DNA of 64,000 bases from NCBI GenBank assembly GCA_023150235.1, contig JAKLLH010000005.1:72830-136829 (forward strand), in the 5' to 3' direction. This document shows positions 1 to 13,270 of the stretch, piece by piece. This DNA is from Azonexus sp. (GTDB lineage: Bacteria > Pseudomonadota > Gammaproteobacteria > Burkholderiales > Rhodocyclaceae). Below the pieces are notes generated by a model, which was not told the origin of the DNA, did no database searches, and saw nothing but the letters and a program-made list of their open reading frames with translations. Position 1 is the first letter of the stretch. Every line of letters begins with the position of its first letter. A program made the position numbers and the translations under genes.

Positions 1-433
1 TCAGGCCGAGGTCGCAATCGAAGGCGAGCAGGCTGGCGACGATCTGGTGGGTGTTGGCAACGTGCAGCGTTGCCGGCGAATCCGGGTTCTGGCGCAGGTA
101 ATCGGCGACCAGCAGGGTCGCCAGATAGTTGCCGATGGTCAGCGTCGCGCCGACCGCGAGCGGGCCGGGGCGGTCGCCGGCGAGCAGGCTGTCGATGTCG
201 GCGGCGAGCCCGAGCAGGCGTTCGGCTGAGGGCAGCAGGCCGCGCCCGTCGCTGTTCAGGTGCAGGCTCTTGCCGATCCGGTCGAACAGCGGCCGCTCGT
301 AGGCCCGTTCGAGTTCGAGCAGGGCGTTGCTGGCTGCCGACTGCGACATCGCCAGCCGTTCGGCGGCTTGCGAAACGCTGCCACAGCGGGCGATGGCGGC
401 GAAGATGGCGATCTGGCGCAGGCTGAATTTCAT
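1..433 (-). CDS. finR: LysR-family regulator, FinR-like (N-terminal part; runs off the window)
   Basis: Hand translation from ATG 433: MKFSLRQIAIFAAIARCGSVSQAAERLAMSQSAASNALLELERAYERPLFDRIGKSLHL, a LysR HTH; divergent from fpr, as for Pseudomonas finR. Confidence 0.8.
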   Translation of the reverse strand, partial: MKFSLRQIAIFAAIARCGSVSQAAERLAMSQSAASNALLELERAYERPLFDRIGKSLHLNSDGRGLLPSAERLLGLAADIDSLLAGDRPGPLAVGATLTIGNYLATLLVADYLRQNPDSPATLHVANTHQIVASLLAFDCDLGL

Positions 434-567
434 CGTAAGACTAACTCCGGTTTGAAACCCCGGCCTGAAGGCCGGGGGTTTCAGGCGACCGTTTTGGAAG
501 GGGATGCAAACCCCTTCCAAAACATGTTTGACCGACAGACATGAATGCCTGTCGCTAATTTCTTGCT
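434..567 (+). mobile_element. Non-autonomous IS200/IS605-like palindromic element (PATE/MITE), copy 1, 134 bp with internal deletion
   Basis: Near-identical to 20770, 48719 and 57938; follows TTCAT (429-433); starts CGTAAGACTAAC, ends TTTCTTGCT; first hairpin deleted between two ACCCCG repeats. Confidence 0.8.
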
Positions 568-588
568 GCGGCGGTGTCTTATATGTTT

Positions 589-603
589 TATCGCTGATTG
601 ATA
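589..603. promoter_or_regulatory. Possible LysR (FinR) binding box TATC-N7-GATA
   Basis: Dyad TATCgctgattGATA containing the T-N11-A pattern in the finR-fpr spacer. Confidence 0.4.
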
Positions 604-679
604 TTCAAATTATCCGCTTTTTTCGCTAAGCGAGGTCGCCGACAATGCACGCATTGCCACTGCCCGATTGATCCCCGCC

Positions 680-1456
680 ATGAGTGCCTTCGCCCCGCAA
701 AAAGTCCTGTCCGTGCATCACTGGAACGACACCCTGTTTTCCTTCCGTACCACCCGCGACCCCGGCCTGCGTTTCGTCAACGGCCAGTTCGTGATGATCG
801 GGCTGGAGGTCAATGGCAAGCCCCTGATGCGCGCCTACAGCGTTGCCAGCGCCAATTACGAAGAGCATCTCGAATTTTTCAGCATCAAGGTCCAGGACGG
901 CCCGCTGACCTCGCGCCTGCAGCACCTGCAGCCCGGCGACGAACTGCTGATCAGCCGCAAGCCGACCGGCACCCTGGTCCTGCGCGACCTCAAGCCGGGC
1001 AAGCGCCTCTTCCTGTTCGCCACCGGCACCGGCCTGGCGCCCTTCATGAGCCTGATCCACGACCCGGAAACCTACGAGCGCTTCGAGAAGATCATCCTCA
1101 TCCACGGCGTTCGCTGGACCAACGAACTGGCCTACCACGACTACATCGAGCAAGACCTCAAGGACCACGAATACCTCGGCGAGGAAATCCGCGACAAGCT
1201 GATCTACTACCCGACCGTGACCCGCGAACCCTTCCGCAACACCGGCCGCCAGACCGATCTGATCACCTCCGGCAAGCTCTTCGCCGACCTCGGCGAGCCA
1301 CCGCTCGACCCGGCCACCGACCGGGGCATGATCTGCGGCAGCCCGGCGATGCTCAAGGAAGTTTCGGAGATGCTCGACGGTTACGGCTTCAAAATCTCGC
1401 CGCATATTGGCGAGGCGGGCGACTACGTCATCGAGCGCGCCTTCGTCGAGCAATAA
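680..1456 (+). CDS. fpr: Ferredoxin-NADP+ reductase
   Basis: RAYSVAS FAD motif, ATGTGLAPF NADP motif, MICGSPAML, C-terminal ERAFVEQ; start moved to ATG 680. Confidence 0.95.
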   Translation: MSAFAPQKVLSVHHWNDTLFSFRTTRDPGLRFVNGQFVMIGLEVNGKPLMRAYSVASANYEEHLEFFSIKVQDGPLTSRLQHLQPGDELLISRKPTGTLVLRDLKPGKRLFLFATGTGLAPFMSLIHDPETYERFEKIILIHGVRWTNELAYHDYIEQDLKDHEYLGEEIRDKLIYYPTVTREPFRNTGRQTDLITSGKLFADLGEPPLDPATDRGMICGSPAMLKEVSEMLDGYGFKISPHIGEAGDYVIERAFVEQ

Positions 1457-1463
1457 GGCGGGG

Positions 1464-1507
1464 CCACGCAAATGAGGCCAGGGGAAATCCTGGTCTCATT
1501 TGCGTGG
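1464..1507. terminator. 19-bp stem hairpin between convergent fpr and kinase genes
   Basis: CCACGCAAATGAGGCCAGG-GGAAAT-CCTGGTCTCATTTGCGTGG with one G-T pair; no clear U-tract. Confidence 0.5.
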
Positions 1508-1636
1508 ACAGTGTTTGTAGTGGGGAGAGGTTGCTAAAAGGGGATGTTGAGCTTTGGGGCTGGGGTGGCTGTTTCCGACTTGCCGCCGCCGGTTGCCAGG
1601 CCCATCGCAGTCGACTGCTTTATGAGTAGAAAGCAG

Positions 1637-3502
1637 TCAAACGTTTGCTGTGCCAAGCCAGCGGGCAGCAACCACCTTCAGGGCCTCCAGGTTGATGGGC
1701 TTGGTGAGGAAGTCGTCCATCCCGGCTTCGCGGCAGAGTTGGTTGTCTTCTTCGAAGGCGTTGGCAGTCAGGGCGACGATGGGATGTCGTCCCTGATCGG
1801 TTTGGGTTTCCCAGGCGCGAATGTGCCGGGTCGCCGTAAGACCGTCCATCACCGGCATTTCCATGTCCATCAGGACCAGGTTTGGACGCAAGCCATTTTT
1901 TAGGGCATCGATGGCTTCCTGGCCGTTTTCAACACTCACGGCGTCGAGCCCCTGTTTTCTGAGCAGGGCTTCGACCACCTTGCGGTTGGTCGGATTGTCT
2001 TCCACCACCAATACCGTTCCGGTTAGTGTTTCCGTCGGCGGGGGATCGGATATCCCGAAGTTCCAGGATTCTCGGCGTCGTTCTTCGGTCGCGCATAACC
2101 GGCCTACCCGGACGCGAAACCAGAAGCGGGATCCTTTGCCTGCCGCGCTATCGACCCCGGCTGTTCCATCCATGAGCCTGGCTAGGCTGAGAACAATCGA
2201 CAGGCCGAGCCCTGTGCCGCCATATTCCCGAGTGGTTGAATGATCTGCTTGGCTGAAGGGCTGAAACAGCCTGGCCTGCTGTTCTAGGGGAATGCCGATG
2301 CCGCTGTCGGAAACTGAGAATTCAAGCACTGGGCGATGTTCGTCTTCCGTGACGACCGAGGCTTCGATGCGAACGAATCCCTTGGCAGTGAACTTGAGCG
2401 CGTTGCCGACAAGGTTGGAGAGCATCTGCCGCAGACGGGTCGCATCGGCCTCATGGCGGCATTCGGGCGGCCCCTTCCACTCAACTTCAATTCGTAGCCC
2501 CTTTTCTTGGGCGGATTGAGCAAACAGGTGGGCGGTTTCCTCGATGAGTTGGCGGGGACTGAAGGCAATACTTGAAAGCTCTACCTTGCCGGCTTCAACC
2601 TTGGACAGATCAAGGATGTCGTTCAGCAGCGTCAGCAGCGTTTGGCCGGAGTTGTAGATCGTACGAGCATAATCCTTGCGTTCGTCTTCTCCCATCTGGT
2701 CATCCATGAACATTAGTTGCGACATGCCAATGATGCCGTTCATCGGTGTGCGAATTTCATGGCTCATGGTGGCCAGAAAGCGACTTTTGGCAAGGTTGGC
2801 AGATTCGGCTGCATCCCGTGCCTGGCGGAGCGATTCCTTCTCGGCGGAGATGGCGTGGCGCATTTTGTCCAACGCGACCGAGAGCCTCCCGATCTCGTCA
2901 CGAACCGGCACCGGGAGAGGGGTGTCGTATTGACCAAGGGCTATGTCTTCGGCGGCACTTACGAGACGGTTCGCTCTCCTGCCGACAACAACCTCCAGCA
3001 AAGCGGCAATCATTGCGGCCACCAGCAAGGAACCGGCGGAGAGAAAGCTGACAATCAGTTGGGTCTGTTCTGCAAGCGACTTTTTTTGTTCAGAAATGTC
3101 GACGTGCAGTTCGAGTTCGCCCAAGGTGTTGTTGCGTAGGCGGATTGCTTGCTTGAAGGCGACGATGTCTTCTGTGTGGTTCGGGTGCCTGGTCTCAAGG
3201 GGGTAGATGGGGTCTCCGTTCTGGTCGGTCAGGACAATAAACTCCCAAGCGGGCGACCGTTCCAGCGCGGCATCCAGCGTTTCATAAACAGCACCGACCT
3301 GGTTTTGCAGGAGGAAGGGCAGGATGGCGTCACCCAGCGTCGAAAGATGCTGCTCTAGGTGTTTCTGCTCGCGGACGAGCGCCCGTTCGAGGAACCACGG
3401 TTGCCAGAGGCCAATGATCAGCGCGTCGGCAGTTAGTGTGGCTGCAACAAGGATTAGGACAATCTTGAGTCGGAGGGACATGGCGGTGGAATCAGTCGGC
3501 AC
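1637..3502 (-). CDS. Hybrid sensor histidine kinase (2 TM, HAMP, HisKA, HATPase, REC)
   Basis: [16 protein letters not shown]-box, NALKFT N-box, DSGIGI and GGTGLGL G-boxes, [12 protein letters not shown] receiver. Confidence 0.95.
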   Translation of the reverse strand: MPTDSTAMSLRLKIVLILVAATLTADALIIGLWQPWFLERALVREQKHLEQHLSTLGDAILPFLLQNQVGAVYETLDAALERSPAWEFIVLTDQNGDPIYPLETRHPNHTEDIVAFKQAIRLRNNTLGELELHVDISEQKKSLAEQTQLIVSFLSAGSLLVAAMIAALLEVVVGRRANRLVSAAEDIALGQYDTPLPVPVRDEIGRLSVALDKMRHAISAEKESLRQARDAAESANLAKSRFLATMSHEIRTPMNGIIGMSQLMFMDDQMGEDERKDYARTIYNSGQTLLTLLNDILDLSKVEAGKVELSSIAFSPRQLIEETAHLFAQSAQEKGLRIEVEWKGPPECRHEADATRLRQMLSNLVGNALKFTAKGFVRIEASVVTEDEHRPVLEFSVSDSGIGIPLEQQARLFQPFSQADHSTTREYGGTGLGLSIVLSLARLMDGTAGVDSAAGKGSRFWFRVRVGRLCATEERRRESWNFGISDPPPTETLTGTVLVVEDNPTNRKVVEALLRKQGLDAVSVENGQEAIDALKNGLRPNLVLMDMEMPVMDGLTATRHIRAWETQTDQGRHPIVALTANAFEEDNQLCREAGMDDFLTKPINLEALKVVAARWLGTANV

Positions 3503-4319
3503 CCTTCACGTAGTATTCCTCGAGCCCCATGGTGGACAATTGCCGGTACTCGCCGGCAGTCGCGATTACCACTTGCTTGAACGGGATTTTGGCCAGCAAA
3601 GCGGCACCTTCGGTTGTGGCGCCCATATCGAGGAAGGCTTGGCGCAGCTTCTCGCGATCGGCCTTCGGCACGCGCGGGTGCGCTACTACCGGATGTGAAG
3701 GCATGCGGCGCGTTTCATAAATGATCGCCAGCTTGTTGCGGATGGATTCCGGCTGCTGATCGAAGGTCGACATTACGCCACCGGCTGCATCCACCTTGCC
3801 GAGTGCCACGTTCAGGTAGGCGGAGGTATGAGTCTGCGCCCAAAGTGGAGATATCCTGATTTTTTGCGCTCGCTCCAGATCGGAACGTATCAGCAAGGAA
3901 GCGCCTAGCGCATTTGGGGAAGGGAAAGCAACGGTCTTGCCATTCAAGTCGGCTACCGTCTTCACCGGTCCATCCTTCGCGACGACTAGGATGCCGAAGA
4001 GCTGCTGTCCCCCATCTCGGATCAGCGGTTCGTAATGCTGTGTCCGCGCCGCGACTAGGGAATGATAGGGATTCAGGTAGGCAAAGTCATAGCGCCCCTG
4101 TTCGAATTCATTCTCGAACTCGGGAATACGTGCTGATCCGACCATTTCAAGCTTGAAGCCGGTGCGTTTTTCGAGCTCGGCCAGGATCGGTGACCAGATC
4201 GCTGAAAGCTTACGCGGCTCAAATTGAGGGACAACACCAAACTTGTATGTACTCTCGGCAAACGCCTGAGTCTGGATCAGTGCGAGAAGCAGCAGTAGTG
4301 AGCACAATGAACGCTTCAT
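3492..4319 (-). CDS. PhnD-like (phosphate/phosphonate-type) periplasmic substrate-binding protein
   Basis: Signal peptide MKRSLCSLLLLLALIQ, FGVVPQ, YDFAYLNPYH, GKTVAFPSPNALGA; start moved to ATG 4319. Confidence 0.8.
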   Translation of the reverse strand: MKRSLCSLLLLLALIQTQAFAESTYKFGVVPQFEPRKLSAIWSPILAELEKRTGFKLEMVGSARIPEFENEFEQGRYDFAYLNPYHSLVAARTQHYEPLIRDGGQQLFGILVVAKDGPVKTVADLNGKTVAFPSPNALGASLLIRSDLERAQKIRISPLWAQTHTSAYLNVALGKVDAAGGVMSTFDQQPESIRNKLAIIYETRRMPSHPVVAHPRVPKADREKLRQAFLDMGATTEGAALLAKIPFKQVVIATAGEYRQLSTMGLEEYYVKGAD

Positions 4320-4597
4320 GGAATGCAATCTCCTAGTCGTAGTCAGGATTATGCCTTGGCTCTCGCTTAAAGGCCGCCCCAGGATCACCGAGCCGACACC
4401 TATTTCATCGCGTTTGCAGTTTGTTCTACTTCTGCTCCCGGCCGAATCCAGTCTCCCTCTGCTTCGAAATTGCCAACCCAATAACCCCGTGATGGCCGCG
4501 ATCATGTAGAAAAATGGGTATTCGCGCTCGTTGAAAGAGGCCTTGCCGGCCGCGACGCAAAACCCCCGGATCGCACGCCGCTCCCCGCATCAGCCTT

Positions 4598-4852
4598 TCA
4601 ATAATGAAACCGTAGCTGCGCAATTAGCAAGGCATCGTCTTCAACCCGGTACACCATGCGATGTTCGGCGGTAATGCGACGGGACCAGAAGCCGGCCAGG
4701 GCGTGTTTCAGAGCTTCTGGTTTGCCGGTGCCGGAGAAGGGTTGGCGCTGGGTTTCGCGGATCAGCTTGTTGATCCGCTCCAGAATCCGTTTGTCCTGTT
4801 TTTGCCAGTAGAGATAGTCTTCCCAGGCCTCGTCGGCAAGAATCAGTTTCAT
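4598..4852 (-). CDS. yoeB: Txe/YoeB family toxin
   Basis: AWEDYLYWQ, GKPEALKH, WSRRITAEHRMVY, LRFHY terminus. Confidence 0.95.
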   Translation of the reverse strand: MKLILADEAWEDYLYWQKQDKRILERINKLIRETQRQPFSGTGKPEALKHALAGFWSRRITAEHRMVYRVEDDALLIAQLRFHY

Positions 4853-5100
4853 TCGGCTAGCTGCCGTTCCTGGCCTTTGCCGGCGGCGAGTTGGGCGGTG
4901 GCCGCGAGCAGGCGTTTGGCGTTGGCCGGGGTGCGCAGGAGGTAGGCGGTTTCTTCCAGCGCCTTGTAGTCTTCCAGCGAGAGCATGACCACGGCTTGCT
5001 CGCCGTTGCGGGTAATGATCAGGGCTTCGTGGTTGTCACAAACCCGGTCCATGGTGCTGGCGAGGTTGGCACGAACGGCGGTGTAGGTCATTGCATCCAT
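4849..5100 (-). CDS. yefM: YefM/Phd family antitoxin
   Basis: VRANLASTMDRV, IITRNG, ETAYLLRTPANAKRL; 4-nt overlap with toxin start. Confidence 0.95.
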   Translation of the reverse strand: MDAMTYTAVRANLASTMDRVCDNHEALIITRNGEQAVVMLSLEDYKALEETAYLLRTPANAKRLLAATAQLAAGKGQERQLAE

Positions 5101-5116
5101 GGCGAACTCCTTGATA

Positions 5117-5134
5117 TGTACGTTTAACTGTACG
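5117..5134. promoter_or_regulatory. YefM-type operator: two TGTAC cores 12 bp apart
   Basis: TGTACG at 5117 and 5129, just upstream of yefM; same spacing as the E. coli yefM operator. Confidence 0.6.
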
Positions 5135-5230
5135 TATCGCGCTGCCGTTTGTCCAGCAAAACCAGGGTTGGCGCGTGTCGATCAAGGCGTGGTCCGGTAC
5201 AAGGCCAGCGCTGACCGCCGGCCAGAAACC

Positions 5231-5260
5231 GCCGTTTTCACGGTCGACCGTGGATGCGGC
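5231..5260. repeat. CACGGTCGACCGTG palindrome family member
   Basis: Perfect 14-bp core at 5239-5252, next to the stop codon of the 5261-5968 gene. Confidence 0.7.
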
Positions 5261-5968
5261 TTAAAACAGCTTGTCCGGGGTCAGGCGCAGGCCGAAGGAG
5301 AGCCAGCGGCTGGCGCTGGGGCCGTTGTATTGCTGGCCGATGGTGGCGTCGATCTGGACGCGGTCGGGGACGATGGCGTAGCGGGCGCCGATCTGCCAGT
5401 AGGGGTTGTGGCGGCTGTCGCCGAAGCTTTCGGCGATGCCGAGCAGGCGCGGGGTGAGCTGGAATTCGCCGCCGATGCCCCAGGTGCCGCTGTTCCGGTC
5501 GCTGGCCTTGTCGTGGAGCATGCCCAGGTTGGTGTGTACGATCAGCTTGTCGTCGTTGAACGAGAACGAGGCCGGCAGGTAGAAGTAGGTGTTGCCGAGC
5601 AGGTTGGGGCCGGGATTGACGCCGGGGTGCATTACCCTGCCGGCGGCCAGGCCCCAGCCCCAGCTATTGGTATTCAGTGGCCGGAACAGGGTTTTTGCCT
5701 GCAGGATGTAGTCGCTGGTCGAGGCGCTACCGTCGACGTAGGCACGACCGCCGCCTGCGGTGATTTCAAAGTTGCCGCCGGGGTTGCAGGCGGGCAGCGC
5801 CCAGAATTCCTTGCTGTCCTGGTAGAGGCGGGTCCAGCTTTCGAGCTGGCAACTGCCGGCGGTGGTCAGGCGAGCGTCGTCGGTGACGAAGGGGCGGGCG
5901 GCGTGGCTGCTGCCGATGCCGGCCGCGAGCAGGGCCAGGGCGGTAAATAGGGGACGAAAGAAGGGCAT
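5261..5968 (-). CDS. Exported, probably outer-membrane beta-barrel protein of unknown function
   Basis: Signal peptide; alternating aromatic/Gly strands; terminal Phe. Confidence 0.6.
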   Translation of the reverse strand: MPFFRPLFTALALLAAGIGSSHAARPFVTDDARLTTAGSCQLESWTRLYQDSKEFWALPACNPGGNFEITAGGGRAYVDGSASTSDYILQAKTLFRPLNTNSWGWGLAAGRVMHPGVNPGPNLLGNTYFYLPASFSFNDDKLIVHTNLGMLHDKASDRNSGTWGIGGEFQLTPRLLGIAESFGDSRHNPYWQIGARYAIVPDRVQIDATIGQQYNGPSASRWLSFGLRLTPDKLF

Positions 5969-6030
5969 CGGAAAATTTTAGTGACGGAATAAGTCACTTC
6001 GGTGACATTCGGGCGCGTGCCTGGCCGGGC

Positions 6031-6056
6031 AAAAAAAACCCGTCGGCTGACGGGTT
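6031..6056 (-). terminator. Rho-independent terminator
   Basis: Minus strand AACCCGTC-AGCC-GACGGG followed by a run of 8 T. Confidence 0.85.
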
Positions 6057-6159
6057 AATGGGTTTGTGGCTCCCTGGAGGAGAAACCGTGGACAAGTTTA
6101 GCGTCGTGATCTGACCATTCGCTGACTTTGTAAGGGTTTTGCGTAGGCGTTTTGCCGGT

Positions 6160-6546
6160 TTACGGCCACAGCACGCAGGCCCAGACCACGGCGGCATTGA
6201 GCAGCGACAGCAGCACGGCGGCGCTGCCCATGTCCTTGGCGCGTTTGGCCAGCTCGTGATGCTCCGGCGAGGCTTTGTCGACCACTGCTTCGACCGCCGA
6301 GTTGAGGATTTCGACGATCAGGATGAAGAGGATGCTGCCGATCAGCAGCGCACGGTCGACGCCGGTTTGGGCCAGAAACAGCGCCAGCGGGATGGCGACG
6401 GCGGCGAGCAGCACTTCCTCGCGGAAGGCGGCTTCGTTCTTCCAGGCGGCGGCGAGGCCGTCGCGCGAGTAACCGAGCGCGTTGAAGAGGCGGGTCAGGC
6501 CTTGCTTGCCTTTGTATTGCTGAAAATCGTTCATCGGGTCTGCCAT
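6160..6546 (-). CDS. dgkA: Diacylglycerol kinase
   Basis: GLTRLFNALGYSRDGL, EAAFREE, EILNSAVEAVVD, AKDMGSAAV. Confidence 0.95.
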   Translation of the reverse strand: MADPMNDFQQYKGKQGLTRLFNALGYSRDGLAAAWKNEAAFREEVLLAAVAIPLALFLAQTGVDRALLIGSILFILIVEILNSAVEAVVDKASPEHHELAKRAKDMGSAAVLLSLLNAAVVWACVLWP

Positions 6547-6566
6547 ATGATGGAATGCCAGCGTGC

Positions 6567-6764
6567 CTAGGCAGCCATGGCGTGCTCGATGTGCAGCGGA
6601 AAGGCGCCATTGGCGCGTGCTTCGAGCAGGACAATTTCGACTGCACTGCCATCTTCCGCGTAACTGATGTGGGTGTTCCAGTTTTGCGACACCTCGCGAG
6701 CAATGGCTTTGTCGGAAAGCCGGATGACGAGAATGTCATCTTCGTCGTAATAAGTGGTACGCAT
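6567..6764 (-). CDS. DUF2283-like small protein (putative antitoxin)
   Basis: MRTTYYDEDDILVIRL...SYAEDGSAVEIVLLEA pattern; GAGG SD. Confidence 0.7.
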   Translation of the reverse strand: MRTTYYDEDDILVIRLSDKAIAREVSQNWNTHISYAEDGSAVEIVLLEARANGAFPLHIEHAMAA

Positions 6765-6771
6765 GATCGCC

Positions 6772-7024
6772 TCAGTCAAGGGTGAAGTGGTGCATGACGG
6801 TTTTTACCACTACGCAGTCTTCCAGAACAAGGACCGCACAGAGCAGATTATCGTCGCGTTCAGGAAAGTAACGGTAAGCCCAAAGGTGGGTAGGATCGCG
6901 ATAGCGTGTTTCACCTTGATCAATGATGTTGACCAGCATCGTGTCGTCAATGTTTCGTTCCTCCATCCTTTGGCGGGCATGGCGAGTGACAACGATGCGG
7001 CGCGTGAAGCGAAGACTGAACAAA

Positions 7025-7032
<8 letters not shown>
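6772..7032 (-). CDS. DUF4258-like protein (putative RelE/BrnT-fold toxin)
   Basis: [13 protein letters not shown] and VVVKTVM motifs; paired with DUF2283-like gene; start overlaps uvrA stop. Confidence 0.7.
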
Positions 7033-9877
<2,845 letters not shown>

Positions 9878-9943
9878 CGCCGTTCGGGAGAGGGTTGCGG
9901 GGAGGCAAACTATACGCAAAAGCGCCGGGGAATGCACGGATGG

Positions 9944-9959
9944 CTGTATTTATGAACAG
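9944..9959. promoter_or_regulatory. LexA (SOS) box upstream of uvrA
   Basis: CTGTATTTATGAACAG = CTG-N10-CAG. Confidence 0.85.
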
Positions 9960-10052
9960 TTGTTGTGGGGCTGTCATTATTGCCAGCTTGTTATTCGAAA
10001 AACTGTCTTTTATGTTCTTCTTCTGGATATTCTTGGATACAGGAGAAGGCTT

Positions 10053-11168
10053 GTGAGCCAGTTTGAACGCCTCATCTTCGGCAATATCGAGTTTGCCGAT
10101 AGCGAGGAGCACCTGGAGTTCCAGTTCAAGTTCCTCTGTATCGTGCTGCTTTGCGGGGCGGTGTTTACGGCGGTTTTTGTCGTCGGCGAATACACGCGCC
10201 TGAATCCGCTCGATTCCCCTCATGTGCTGACCATGCGGTTTTTCATCGTCGCCGCGCTGTCGCTGTGGTGTCTGCTGCGTGGGCAAAAGCGGCGTTTTCT
10301 GGCGATTGCCTGGGTTTACGAGGCGGTTTGCATCGTGGAGTACATTTCGGTGCTGGCCTATGTGCCGCAGGATGAGTTGCGCATCCTCTGGCTATTTACC
10401 AATATTCCCGGCGTCTATCTCCTGCTCGGACGCAAGGCCGGTTTCGTCATCACCGTGCTGTCGGTGTTCGGCCTGCTCTTCGGCAATGCGGCGATGATCC
10501 AGCCCTACAGCCAGCCGGCGCTGGCGACGGCGGTGGTGAGCATGGTTTACCTGGCCCTGTTCTTTCACGTTTTCTCGTCGCGCTCGGTCTCCTATTATGT
10601 CCGCATGCGGGAGTCCAACGAGCGGCTCTACCATCTGGCGATGCACGATACCCTGACCGGTGTCCTCAATGCCCGTGCCTATTACGAGATCTGCGATCGC
10701 CTGATCGCTACCGCTCGGCGCAATGCCCGACCCTATGCCGTCCTTTTTGTCGACCTCGATCATTTCAAGTCGATCAACGACCGCCATGGTCATGCGGCGG
10801 GCGATGTGGTGCTGAAAAGCATTGCCGCAACCCTGGGCGGCAATATTCGCCAGAGCGATGCGCTGGGGCGTATCGGCGGCGAGGAGTTTTCCATTTTCCT
10901 TCCCGATACCTCGCGCGATGCCGCGCTCCAGGTAGCGGAGAATATCCGCCTGGCCATCGAGCGGCGTTGCCCGGAAATTGGCGGGGAGCAGTGTCTGCGC
11001 GTTACGGCCAGTATCGGGGTGGCCGGCAGCGAATCCGCTATCGACGACATGCTGACGCTTCAGCAGCGGGCGGATCAGGCGATGTACCGGGCCAAGGCGG
11101 CGGGACGTAACCGGGTCTCGCTTTTCCCGGCTTCGTCGCCAGCAGAAGAACTGGCCTTGCCGGCTTGA
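10053..11168 (+). CDS. Membrane-anchored diguanylate cyclase (GGEEF)
   Basis: Multiple TM helices, then HDTLTGVLN, DLDHFKSINDRHGH, GRIGGEEF; GTG start with AGGAGA SD. Confidence 0.9.
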   Translation: MSQFERLIFGNIEFADSEEHLEFQFKFLCIVLLCGAVFTAVFVVGEYTRLNPLDSPHVLTMRFFIVAALSLWCLLRGQKRRFLAIAWVYEAVCIVEYISVLAYVPQDELRILWLFTNIPGVYLLLGRKAGFVITVLSVFGLLFGNAAMIQPYSQPALATAVVSMVYLALFFHVFSSRSVSYYVRMRESNERLYHLAMHDTLTGVLNARAYYEICDRLIATARRNARPYAVLFVDLDHFKSINDRHGHAAGDVVLKSIAATLGGNIRQSDALGRIGGEEFSIFLPDTSRDAALQVAENIRLAIERRCPEIGGEQCLRVTASIGVAGSESAIDDMLTLQQRADQAMYRAKAAGRNRVSLFPASSPAEELALPA

Positions 11169-11361
11169 CGACAGGGACTTGCCTGGGGAAGCGCCGGATG
11201 TGGTGCCGGCCTCTCTTCGATGCCGCCATTTTCATCTTGCCGGGGCTGCGGATTACCGGCCTGTTGTTGCATGGCTGATGGAAAGGCTTTGACTCAACAG
11301 GTTTTTTGCCTATAATTGCCCGCTTTTCGCAGCACCCTTTTGTTTCCGTTTGGAGTCCAAC

Positions 11362-11673
11362 ATGTACGCGGTCATAAAAACCGGTGGTAAGCAGTATCGT
11401 GTTACCGCTGGTCAAAAACTTAAAGTAGAACAGATACCGGCAGACGTTGGCGCAGAAATCACTCTCGACCAGGTCCTGATGGCAGGCGAAGGCGAGTCCG
11501 TGAAGATCGGCGCCCCCTTCATCGCTGGCGCCAGCGTGAAGGCCACCGTGGTTTCCCACGGCCGTCACGACAAGGTCAAGATTTTCAAAATGCGCCGTCG
11601 CAAGCACTACCAGAAGCGTCAAGGCCATCGTCAGAACTACACCGAGCTGCGCATCGAAGCGATTGCCGCCTGA
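11362..11673 (+). CDS. rplU: 50S ribosomal protein L21
   Basis: [14 protein letters not shown]...GHRQNYT. Confidence 0.98.
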   Translation: MYAVIKTGGKQYRVTAGQKLKVEQIPADVGAEITLDQVLMAGEGESVKIGAPFIAGASVKATVVSHGRHDKVKIFKMRRRKHYQKRQGHRQNYTELRIEAIAA

Positions 11674-11697
11674 GTAGAGTAGAAGGAGCTAGATTAA

Positions 11698-11961
11698 ATG
11701 GCACACAAAAAGGCAGGCGGCAGTTCACGTAACGGCCGCGACTCACAAGCACAACGTCTTGGCGTCAAGCGCTACGGCGGTCAATTCGTCCTCGCCGGCA
11801 ACATCATCGTTCGCCAGCGCGGCACCGAATTCCACCCGGGCGAAAACGTCGGCTGCGGCAAGGATCACACCCTGTTCGCACTGAAGGACGGTGTGGTCCA
11901 GTTCACCATCAAGGGCGCCGCCAAGCGCCGTACGGTGACGATCGTTCCGGCTGCTGAATAA
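11698..11961 (+). CDS. rpmA: 50S ribosomal protein L27
   Basis: [16 protein letters not shown]. Confidence 0.98.
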   Translation: MAHKKAGGSSRNGRDSQAQRLGVKRYGGQFVLAGNIIVRQRGTEFHPGENVGCGKDHTLFALKDGVVQFTIKGAAKRRTVTIVPAAE

Positions 11962-11980
11962 CTTCAGCCCGGCAACACTG

Positions 11981-12011
11981 AAAAGCCCTGTCCGCCCGGA
12001 TAGGGCTTTTT
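11981..12011 (+). terminator. Rho-independent terminator after rpmA
   Basis: AAAAGCCCTGTCCG-CC-CGGATAGGGCTTTTT. Confidence 0.85.
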
Positions 12012-12044
12012 GCTTTATCGAGTCGAGCGTCGAGAGCGACTTGA

Positions 12045-13268
<1,224 letters not shown>

Positions 13269-13270
13269 GC

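Noticed and set aside
4560-5230. First yefM-yoeB pair as an integron cassette
   Set aside because: No RYYYAAC...GTTRRRY attC structure on either flank.
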